From Candidatus Helarchaeota archaeon (GTDB lineage Archaea > Asgardarchaeota > Lokiarchaeia > Helarchaeales > RDOG01): DNA of 15,915 nt. Below, in pieces: positions 1 through 7,459 of this stretch; the first letter of the stretch is position 1, and every line of letters begins with the position of its first letter. The position numbers and the translations under genes were made by a program. The stretch spans positions 1-15,915 of the forward strand of contig JALGVI010000063.1 in the NCBI GenBank assembly GCA_029838215.1. Reading direction: 5' to 3'. The notes beneath the pieces are model-generated. The model was given only the letters and a program-made list of their open reading frames with translations, had not been told where the DNA came from and did not search any database.

Positions 1-192
1 AACCTCGCGTGTTTTTTTTACGTTTGACACGTTCTAAGCAACATGCGATTTTTTATCCGTCATGTTTGTTGAAAAGGATAATACCATAAATTTAAAAATT
101 TTTTAAAAATGTTTTAATTCGTGATTAGTTACGTGACTTAATCAAACTCACTGCTTGGATTTTGTGCATACGTGGATTTCAATGAAAATTCA

Positions 193-208
193 GTAAAAGC
201 CTTATTAT
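193..208 (+). promoter_or_regulatory. Putative archaeal BRE/TATA promoter of aglB
   Basis: GTAAAAGC (purine-rich, BRE-like) followed by CTTATTAT; the TATA-like centre is ~30 nt upstream of the ATG at 236, which implies a very short leader. Confidence 0.4.
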
Positions 209-235
209 CGGAATGAGAATGGAAGTCAAAACCGC

Positions 236-3200
236 ATGACGAGTATTTCACGAAAAATTAAGAACGTATTTGGTAAGATTTTTAAGAAGCCAAGTCTAAC
301 ACTTCCAAAAGAAAGCATCGTGTTATATCTTGCGCTCATGTTAATCGTCATCGGTGCATTTTGGATAAGAATTTTTCCCATTTTTTTCAATTATCCTGTT
401 TTGAAAGCATTCGATCCGTGGATCCAATACTCTGCAACGGAATACATTTTAGAACACGGTTTTGCCGCTTATTTCACGTACGTTGATCCAATGCGGTGGT
501 ATCCGTGGGGATATAAAGTCTACAAGTTATACTGTGGATTGCCCTTTTCGGCAACGATATTCTACCTCACGTTTCAATTATTTGGAATTCACATTAGTGT
601 ATATGAATCATGCGTGATTTTTCCGGCTTTTATGGGTGCCGCCGCAACGTTCTTAATGTATTTTCTAGGAAAAATCATTCACAATAAAAAGACAGGCCTG
701 TTGGCGGCATTATTTCTTGCTATCGTTCCTGCATACGTGCAGCGCACCGTCGCAGGATTTTTTGATAATGAAACAATCGGTATCTTTTTGATCATTCTAA
801 TCTTGTATTGCTTCATTAGGTCGATTAAAGAAGATTCTTCTTTTATGGCATTTATAGCGGGACTGGGTGTTGGCGGATTGATGTGCTCTTGGGGGGCTTG
901 GGCTTATATCGTTGATCTTTTACCTCTTGCCGCACTAGTAATGGTGCTAATGAAGAAATATTCAACACGTCTACTTGTTAGTTATACCATCACGATTGGA
1001 GTCGGTATTTTTATAGGATCCAGAATTCCTACAAACGGTGCGCTTGTAATCACTTCTTTTGAGGTGGTGGTCGCTACAGGCATGATAGGAGTCCTATTTC
1101 TCTTTGAAGCCTATAATAGGTTAAAAAAACAGGCGTTTCTGAAAGAACGTAATATTCCGTGGAAAAAACTCATATTTTCATCAATGATTCTTCTTTTATT
1201 TGGAATTATAATTGTCCTTACCGTACTAGCCTTTTTTCAAATAACCATTGAGGATATTTTTGCACTCCTCGGCATTGAAGAAATCTCAAGTAAATTAGTA
1301 GCCGTTCTAAACCCGTTTTCGGCGAATTTCATCATTCAATCCGTTGGTGAAAATCTACCTTCACCGTGGGGAGTCTATTATTATAACCTGCATATTTTGA
1401 TACTTTTTATGCCAATAGGTCTATTTTTCCATTTTCGACGTCTTCATGAAGAAGATGTTTTGATCATTTTATTTGCAGTTACGACAGTTTACTTTGCGGG
1501 ATCACTCATTCGTTTATTGCTTATTTTGGCTCCTGCGGCTTCACTAGTCGGGAGTTACGGAATAACCAGACTAATCGGTCCCTACTCTGATATCTTTCAG
1601 AAAAAGTTTGTAACTTCTCGCCGTCGAAAGCGTTTTTCCAAGATTGTTTCGCGTGAAACTAGTGTTGGAATCGTGGCAATCGTATCATTTCTTACATTCT
1701 TGACAGTCACTCACGGTATCTATACAGCAGCGTATCAATTATCGTCATCTGTAATGATTCCGGGTGGCCTTGAAGAGCAAACGAAATTTCATGATTGGGA
1801 AGAAACATGGTCTTGGATGCACGCGTCATTAGCATCAGGATCCGTGGTAACATCTTGGTGGGACTACGGATATTGGATTACCAGTGCAGGTAATGCAACC
1901 TCGAGTGCAGACAATGGTACCAAGAATTCCACGCAGATCGGAATGATTGGTCGTTTAATGATGGCCACAGATGAAATGGAAGCCGTAGATATTTGTAAAA
2001 TCTTGGGAACAACCCATATCTTGGTATACTGGGGCTATTATACGGGTCTTGGTGGCGATGAAGGTAAATGGGTTTGGATGGTAAAAATAGGATATGAAAA
2101 TACCATCCTGAATGAAGTCACTTACTCCTACGACATTTCAGATTATTGGGTTGAAACTGCAACTGGAGCGTCTGCAAATAAATCCTTCTTGAATAGCCTG
2201 CTTTTCAAGATGTTAACCGCAAATGAGCCTTATTATAAAGCAGCTTATAAGGATAATGATGCAACTGTTCGAAAATACAATTTTCTGATAGGAAGTTACC
2301 TGACACAATTACATTCGGGGACGGATTCAGATGGAGATCCTTGGTCACAAACGATAGAAACACCAGAACGACTGGGAAGTAACCAAGGAAATCTATTTTC
2401 TGGGTACGGTATTGACATTCCTGAATCGTATATTCTTCAGGAGCCTACCTATTTTAAGACTGCATTCGCTTCAAGTAATCATTTGGTAAAAGTATACTAT
2501 GTTGATTATATAAAGGCGGGTCTTCGGATAAATATCACGGATTCAATAGTCTATGATAGTGGGATTTCGATCATTAACGTCAAGAATATTGGTGATCGAA
2601 ATTGCACGTTAGATGCGCTTAAAATTGAAGGCACGGAGTATAAATACGACCTCCTTCAAGGAACTGGACAACTTGCTCCTGGGGAGACTGCAGTCATCAG
2701 AGCTTATGGAGCGAATTTGACCAAGGATGCTAATGTTGAAATTTCATTGGATATTTATGATCCAGAGGTGACATCGAATAGATTCACTGCTACGGCATCA
2801 GATGTTGTTACAGAGGCACCAGTTTACTCATTTTCAATTGATGAATCAAATTCCTATCTGTATAGTAACGATACGATCCACATTAAAATTGAGAATAACG
2901 GGTCGGATTATATTAAAATAGACACGATTCAGCTTTCCAATGGCATAACAACATACGAATTCTCCAACACGGAGTCCAATTATGATTATTATTTAGCAAG
3001 TGAGAGTCTTGGAACCCGAGTTATTCTTAATACATCTCAGTCAGATACCATTATCATCCCAAGTACGTCGCTTGCATCGAAATCACTTGACTTAAGTCCT
3101 GGTGAAATATTTAATGTTACATTACAGGCGAGTGCCGAAAATCAGACAAGTTTCTTTAATAATAAAATGGTGGTGGCAAATGGAAGTTGTCTGACCATCT

Positions 3201-5077
3201 TCAATCCACTTGCATATGCTAATGAATCAGTCTTTTTCACGGTAAACAATACGGGAATAACAGATGTGACGATTAGAAAATTATATCTAAACACTCCATA
3301 TTTTAATTACTATGCAACACCAAATCCGGGTGAATCAGGACTATCTTTGGTACCAGGTGCAGGACAATATTTTGCAATTGATTTTAGAGACGGTATTAAT
3401 GAACTCAACTTAAATTGGACCGAAACCTGTAGAATTAACATAGAAACCGATGAAACCTTGCATTCTGATTCTAACTTACCTTATTATAAAACAGTAGATT
3501 TGGCACCGGGTTATAGTATTAATGTTACGGATGATGCATATTCAAACGAAACATTAATTGTTAATGTGACAAATACGGGACAGTACTCTGTAGAATTAAG
3601 TGATATTTGGGTAGATAACCATGATATTGCTACAATATTGGCTCCTAATGGTAATTTCACTCTTGATCCCAATGAATCTAAGAATTTTACTGCTCTTGTT
3701 TCAAATTACAATTTTAATTTTTCAGATCAAGTCACAGTAAAAGCACGCGTGTTTGAAGGTCCCGAGAATTCAACGTCTCCAATCGTGAAACCGACTGGAA
3801 GCTTGGAAATCATTGACTCGATCGTTTATCAAAATGGAACAGCTTTTGTAAACGTGAATAATACAGGGACAAATGCGTTGTTAATTAAAGAATTCAAGGT
3901 CAATACAGAAACAATTACCGACTTCACTCCCTCTGATTATTTCTTACAACCCAGTCAAAATCAAACTTATAATTTCACCTTATCATCTGCACCCAATCCT
4001 AGTGTGGTCCTTCAATGTAATATCACTACGTATGAAGGTGCGAATGTGAGCGATTATTTGACATGGGCGGTATCGATAAATGTCACCCAAATTCATTCTT
4101 ATGATGATGGAAATGCCACAATTCGAATTGAAAATGTAGGAGCGCAAAACGTTACCATTTATGACATTTTCATCAAGAACTCTACTGGCGGAACAGAAAA
4201 TGCCACGGCAAATATAACTTACATCGAAGGTAACGCAAATATTACCGTGGGTGAGCACATCTTGATAAACGTCACGTCAAGCTTTCTAAATAATAGTTTT
4301 GGTGAACTTTTCACGTTTAATATTAGCGTGAATTATACTGCAACACCGGATATTCTAGAATATCTTGTTGAGGATCTCTTGACGCTTTCCAAAAGCGCAA
4401 ACTTTAGTTTCAGCACGGGGTATCCACATTCTCTGGCTTACGATAACAATACCAATACGGGACCCGGAACTGGGAACGATACGATATTCCTAACTGTAAA
4501 GAATACAGGATCCGTCAATATTACAATGAATCGAACTTTCTTCATATACTTCTCGCCTACTTGGGTCGATTTTACCTTTAACACAACAGACGAGAATGCA
4601 AGCCTCACCCTGCAACCGTACGAATCTCTTCAATTCATAAACGATTCGATAAATGATTATGGTTATGAATTGGTCTTTAATGATAGCCTTCTTATCAGCA
4701 GGATTAACGTGTCAGCTAACTATTCAACAACAATTATCAGCTCGATATTAGACTTGACGATTCTCACGAATGATTACAACATAACGTTGCGAAATGTGAC
4801 GACTGATAAATTAAATAATGAGATAAATTTCACGGTTGTAAACTATGGTAATAAAACATTGACGATAACGGATATCAAATACAATGATACTGACACGGGA
4901 ACGGATTACATTACTGTACAGAACCTAGACTCCGGAGTCATAGGATATCAAATTACACCATCTGAAGTGTTCTCGTTCTCGGGAGATTTCTTTAAGGCTA
5001 CTGTTGGAAAAGTCCTTCACGTCATCGTATATACGTCGGATAACCTACAACACGAATATTACGTCACGGTCACGTAG
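236..5077 (+). CDS. aglB: Oligosaccharyltransferase AglB/STT3 with a very long C-terminal array of Ig-like repeats (1613 aa)
   Basis: Multi-TM N-terminal half with STT3 motifs AFDPW, GFFDNE, SVGEN (SVSE/TIXE-like), WWDYG, DNGT and DEGKWVWMVKI. The core ends at about SNHLVKVYYVD (aa ~757), followed by ~855 aa of beta-rich repeats. Confidence 0.95.
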   Translation: MTSISRKIKNVFGKIFKKPSLTLPKESIVLYLALMLIVIGAFWIRIFPIFFNYPVLKAFDPWIQYSATEYILEHGFAAYFTYVDPMRWYPWGYKVYKLYCGLPFSATIFYLTFQLFGIHISVYESCVIFPAFMGAAATFLMYFLGKIIHNKKTGLLAALFLAIVPAYVQRTVAGFFDNETIGIFLIILILYCFIRSIKEDSSFMAFIAGLGVGGLMCSWGAWAYIVDLLPLAALVMVLMKKYSTRLLVSYTITIGVGIFIGSRIPTNGALVITSFEVVVATGMIGVLFLFEAYNRLKKQAFLKERNIPWKKLIFSSMILLLFGIIIVLTVLAFFQITIEDIFALLGIEEISSKLVAVLNPFSANFIIQSVGENLPSPWGVYYYNLHILILFMPIGLFFHFRRLHEEDVLIILFAVTTVYFAGSLIRLLLILAPAASLVGSYGITRLIGPYSDIFQKKFVTSRRRKRFSKIVSRETSVGIVAIVSFLTFLTVTHGIYTAAYQLSSSVMIPGGLEEQTKFHDWEETWSWMHASLASGSVVTSWWDYGYWITSAGNATSSADNGTKNSTQIGMIGRLMMATDEMEAVDICKILGTTHILVYWGYYTGLGGDEGKWVWMVKIGYENTILNEVTYSYDISDYWVETATGASANKSFLNSLLFKMLTANEPYYKAAYKDNDATVRKYNFLIGSYLTQLHSGTDSDGDPWSQTIETPERLGSNQGNLFSGYGIDIPESYILQEPTYFKTAFASSNHLVKVYYVDYIKAGLRINITDSIVYDSGISIINVKNIGDRNCTLDALKIEGTEYKYDLLQGTGQLAPGETAVIRAYGANLTKDANVEISLDIYDPEVTSNRFTATASDVVTEAPVYSFSIDESNSYLYSNDTIHIKIENNGSDYIKIDTIQLSNGITTYEFSNTESNYDYYLASESLGTRVILNTSQSDTIIIPSTSLASKSLDLSPGEIFNVTLQASAENQTSFFNNKMVVANGSCLTIFNPLAYANESVFFTVNNTGITDVTIRKLYLNTPYFNYYATPNPGESGLSLVPGAGQYFAIDFRDGINELNLNWTETCRINIETDETLHSDSNLPYYKTVDLAPGYSINVTDDAYSNETLIVNVTNTGQYSVELSDIWVDNHDIATILAPNGNFTLDPNESKNFTALVSNYNFNFSDQVTVKARVFEGPENSTSPIVKPTGSLEIIDSIVYQNGTAFVNVNNTGTNALLIKEFKVNTETITDFTPSDYFLQPSQNQTYNFTLSSAPNPSVVLQCNITTYEGANVSDYLTWAVSINVTQIHSYDDGNATIRIENVGAQNVTIYDIFIKNSTGGTENATANITYIEGNANITVGEHILINVTSSFLNNSFGELFTFNISVNYTATPDILEYLVEDLLTLSKSANFSFSTGYPHSLAYDNNTNTGPGTGNDTIFLTVKNTGSVNITMNRTFFIYFSPTWVDFTFNTTDENASLTLQPYESLQFINDSINDYGYELVFNDSLLISRINVSANYSTTIISSILDLTILTNDYNITLRNVTTDKLNNEINFTVVNYGNKTLTITDIKYNDTDTGTDYITVQNLDSGVIGYQITPSEVFSFSGDFFKATVGKVLHVIVYTSDNLQHEYYVTVT
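2513..5074 (+). repeat. About eight degenerate ~90-125 aa Ig/CARDB-like beta-sandwich protein repeats in the AglB C-terminus
   Basis: Recurrent hydrophobic-x-hydrophobic-x-N-x-G motif with the Asn at aa 784, 887, 1005, 1113, 1209, 1300, 1423 and 1536. Each is followed by an L-x-P-G-E-like motif (LAPGE, LSPGE, LVPGA, LDPNE, LQPSQ, ITVGE, LQPYE, ITPSE). Confidence 0.8.
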
Positions 5078-5081
5078 GTAT

Positions 5082-5100
5082 AAAAAAAATCTCTTTTTTT
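5082..5100. terminator. Putative bidirectional oligo(T) terminator between convergent aglB and aIF2alpha
   Basis: A8-TCTC-T7 in the 21-nt gap between the two stop codons, giving a U-tract on each strand. Confidence 0.6.
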
Positions 5101-6172
5101 ATTCTTTTAAAATTTCAAAATGAGCTTCGCCTTTTTGTTCACGCAAGTATTTCATTGCTTGTGCGCTGAGTTCATTCAAGGCTTCTCTCGCAATCTTATA
5201 ATCGCGTGCCTTGACATCAATTCTGTATTGGGGAGCTCCAATCGTATAAATTGAAACATCCACGTCTTCTTTTAATTTATGTTTCTCGGCTTTTTCCAAA
5301 GCATTTCTGATGATCATGACTCCTTCATTCTCATAGGAACGGAGAGTTAACAACCCGGAAAGTTTGATTTTAGCTGTTTCGGAAAATGTTTGAGACACTT
5401 TCAACAAGGCTTTATGATATTCTTTAGGAATGCCCAGCTTTTTCAATACCGGTTCACCATTATCCCGAATTTCTTCAAATGCGGTCATAATTTTTGAAAA
5501 TTTAGCTTGCATTTTCTTGGCAACATTTTCATATATGTCTTCGGCGGTAACATTTATTCCCGATTCCAGGCATTCTTTTAAAACTAGTGCAAGCGTATTA
5601 TTTTCCCGCTGGCGAATCTTCCATTCATGAATTTTCTCACGTTTTAGGTCTTGACCGACCCGACGTAATGATAAATCAATATGTCCTCTCTTCCGATTGA
5701 TCCGAAGAACTTTTGCTACTACCTTTTGCTTGGCACGAATATATCGTTTAATATTACGAACCCAAGATCCCGAAACTTCGCTAACGTGAATGAGTCCTTC
5801 CATGAGACCTTCATTTCCGCGATATTCCTCAAGTCTGACATAGGCACCGTGTCGTTCAACTTTAGTTACGGTTCCAATAACAAGTTCCCCTACATCAGGC
5901 AAATTTTTAGTAGGTATGATGGGTGTTTGAAGGATCTCTTCAATACGGACATTTTCAGAACGTTGTTTCTCGGGTGTTTCTTCGGGTTCTTCCTTAAGTC
6001 CTTCTTTGACTTCTTCAGCGGGTTCAGTTGATTCTTCCTTTTTTACTTCAGGGCTCTTCTTTTTTTTGGAGGTTTTTTTCTTTTTCTTAGCGGTTTTTTT
6101 CTTTGTTTCTTTTGCAGGCTTGGTTGGTTTGGCCGTTATGACTTTTTTTGTTTTCCTTCCTTTTTTTGGCAT
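5099..6172 (-). CDS. eif2a: Translation initiation factor aIF2 alpha subunit with a ~80-aa Lys-rich then Glu-rich N-terminal extension
   Basis: S1 domain LPDVGELVIGTV...GLIHVSEVSGSWVRNI...GHIDLSLRRV and C-terminal YTIGAPQYRIDV. It follows rps27e as in the conserved archaeal cluster. Confidence 0.95.
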   Translation of the reverse strand: MPKKGRKTKKVITAKPTKPAKETKKKTAKKKKKTSKKKKSPEVKKEESTEPAEEVKEGLKEEPEETPEKQRSENVRIEEILQTPIIPTKNLPDVGELVIGTVTKVERHGAYVRLEEYRGNEGLMEGLIHVSEVSGSWVRNIKRYIRAKQKVVAKVLRINRKRGHIDLSLRRVGQDLKREKIHEWKIRQRENNTLALVLKECLESGINVTAEDIYENVAKKMQAKFSKIMTAFEEIRDNGEPVLKKLGIPKEYHKALLKVSQTFSETAKIKLSGLLTLRSYENEGVMIIRNALEKAEKHKLKEDVDVSIYTIGAPQYRIDVKARDYKIAREALNELSAQAMKYLREQKGEAHFEILKE

Positions 6173-6185
6173 TTTATCACGTTGT

Positions 6186-6392
6186 TTAGGTCAAAACTTT
6201 CTCAATTTGAGTCCGAATCTTTGCCTTTGAACCACAAGGTTGGGCAAGTACCTTATCACACACGAGGCATTTCACGTGAGTAGAAGCACACCCGAATATT
6301 ATTTGTTCATTGCCACATTCAAGACATTTCACTTTTAAAAATCTAGATTTGGGTTTAGGGATCAACCGTTCACCGAATTCCATGAGCATCAT
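6186..6392 (-). CDS. rps27e: 30S ribosomal protein S27e (Zn ribbon)
   Basis: PKSRFLKVKCLECGNEQIIFGCAST.VKCLVC motif (CxxC...CxxC). The true start may be the ATG at 6383, which follows an AGGAATGAT SD-like stretch. Confidence 0.95.
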   Translation of the reverse strand: MMLMEFGERLIPKPKSRFLKVKCLECGNEQIIFGCASTHVKCLVCDKVLAQPCGSKAKIRTQIEKVLT

Positions 6393-6402
6393 TCCTGCGA
6401 TT

Positions 6403-6678
6403 TTAAATAATTTCTATTTTTTTCAGTCGCTTAGAAGGCATGTGTCTCATGTAGGAACATTGCTTGCACTTAATTCTTGGCACGATCTTTTTCGTATTCT
6501 TTGAGAATTTCTTTTGAATGGGCTTTGGCTGACTACCATATCCCTTCTTCTTCCGAGTATAACGCCGAGCACCTTGCCGCATGGGATTGTCCTTACCTTT
6601 CTTGTAAAGTGAAACTGTGTGGATCGTATATGCATTGCATCGAGGGCAGAATTTATTCATTTCTTTATGCATCTTCAT
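6403..6678 (-). CDS. rpl44e: 50S ribosomal protein L44e (eL42)
   Basis: FCPRC...H, RQGARRY.RKKKGYGSQPKP, KNTKK and CKQC motifs. Confidence 0.96.
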   Translation of the reverse strand: MKMHKEMNKFCPRCNAYTIHTVSLYKKGKDNPMRQGARRYTRKKKGYGSQPKPIQKKFSKNTKKIVPRIKCKQCSYMRHMPSKRLKKIEII

Positions 6679-6712
6679 GATAATGCCTTCTTTTTAACTG
6701 AATCAAGACTTG

Positions 6713-6724
6713 AATTTAAAAGCT
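6713..6724 (-). promoter_or_regulatory. Putative TATA/BRE for rpl44e-rps27e-aIF2alpha
   Basis: Minus strand reads GAAGC-TTTTAAAT about 40 nt upstream of the rpl44e ATG. Confidence 0.35.
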
Positions 6725-6888
6725 TCATGTAAGAAAGTCCAATTTAGGATTTCTCAAATTCCGTCATTCATGTTAAAGGATATAAATGACGATTTCATGA
6801 TCTTATCCTTTAGGAGCTTTTTAAACTTTTTAATTTTTTTATTGGTTTTTTCTTTTCGTCGTTGTCATGCATGATTCTCAGGAGCGGT

Positions 6889-7458
6889 TTATTTTTTAGA
6901 GATCGTGATTTCTTTAGCCGCGTTGTTTTGAATTTTGATCTTGGCATTATCTGAAGGAAGATAAATAATATCTTCTTTCTTGAACGGACCGTATGAGAGA
7001 AGATCAGATCCCATGCTGGCAGGAGCATCCTGTGTGATTCTGACTAAAGTTAGTGGCACGGATTGGGATCGTTCCACGACTGAATCCGAAGTTGAAATTT
7101 TCTCCACAGGAATTTGCTTTTGTTCATCTTCTTTTTTTTCCAAAGGTGCCTGTAATGCTTCAAAAAAAGCCAATTCTTCCCGAGTCAAGATGACTTTATC
7201 CACGGGTTCCCCTTCAAAGACAAATTGAACTATTTTCTCCTTGCGACACTTTTTTAAATCTTCCAACATTTCCGAGATGTTGTTAATTTCGGTTTCGACG
7301 AGTTCTCGAGTTTGATTGTCATCTTTTTCAAGATTTTTCTTTAAATTCTCCAGATTTGAAATATATTCTTGTACCTTGCTGAAAAGAGCAGGATCAAGTT
7401 TTTTTAGCTTTTTTGTTTCTCGTTCAGAGAACCACGTTTTATAGAGCTTTTCGCGCAT
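6889..7458 (-). CDS. gins15: GINS complex subunit, A-B domain order (Gins15/Gins51 type)
   Basis: Helical N-terminal domain (ERETKKLKKLDPALFSKVQEYI...KCRKEKIV...LTREE) and C-terminal B domain (LVRITQDAP..MGSDLLSYGPFKKEDIIYLPSDNA). It starts 1 nt after the priS stop. Confidence 0.88.
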   Translation of the reverse strand: MREKLYKTWFSERETKKLKKLDPALFSKVQEYISNLENLKKNLEKDDNQTRELVETEINNISEMLEDLKKCRKEKIVQFVFEGEPVDKVILTREELAFFEALQAPLEKKEDEQKQIPVEKISTSDSVVERSQSVPLTLVRITQDAPASMGSDLLSYGPFKKEDIIYLPSDNAKIKIQNNAAKEITISKK

Positions 7459-7459
7459 T

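Noticed and set aside
91-107. 17-bp palindrome TTTAAAAA-T-TTTTTAAA
   Set aside because: A/T-only homopolymer arms are expected by chance in AT-rich intergenic DNA.
3983-4258. 91-aa minus-strand ORF within aglB
   Set aside because: Antisense to a well-supported CDS, with no recognisable motif.
5755-5795. Ser equivalent to eukaryotic eIF2alpha Ser51 (HVSEVSGSWVR)
   Set aside because: This is the ordinary archaeal form of the loop and lacks the eukaryotic RRRIR context.
5430-6230. Plus-strand ORFs 5430-5630, 5681-6031 and 6006-6230, the last Phe-rich and TM-looking
   Set aside because: Antisense shadows of aIF2alpha; the Phe runs mirror AAA/AAG Lys codons.
6770-6874. 34-aa plus-strand hydrophobic mini-ORF (MLKDINDDFMILSFRSFLNFLIFLLVFSFRRCHA)
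   Set aside because: Hydrophobicity follows directly from T-tracts, and there is no SD or homology evidence.
6679-6888. Possible tRNA, C/D or H/ACA RNA, or nop10 in the gins15-rpl44e spacer
   Set aside because: No cloverleaf or T-loop, no CTGA box D paired with the ATGACGA C-like box, and no Nop10-like ORF.
6810-7028. 72-aa minus ORF overlapping the gins15 3' end, and its 20-aa Lys-rich tail from ATG 6872
   Set aside because: Overlaps a real gene out of frame; Lys-richness reflects A-tracts and there is no clear translation signal.
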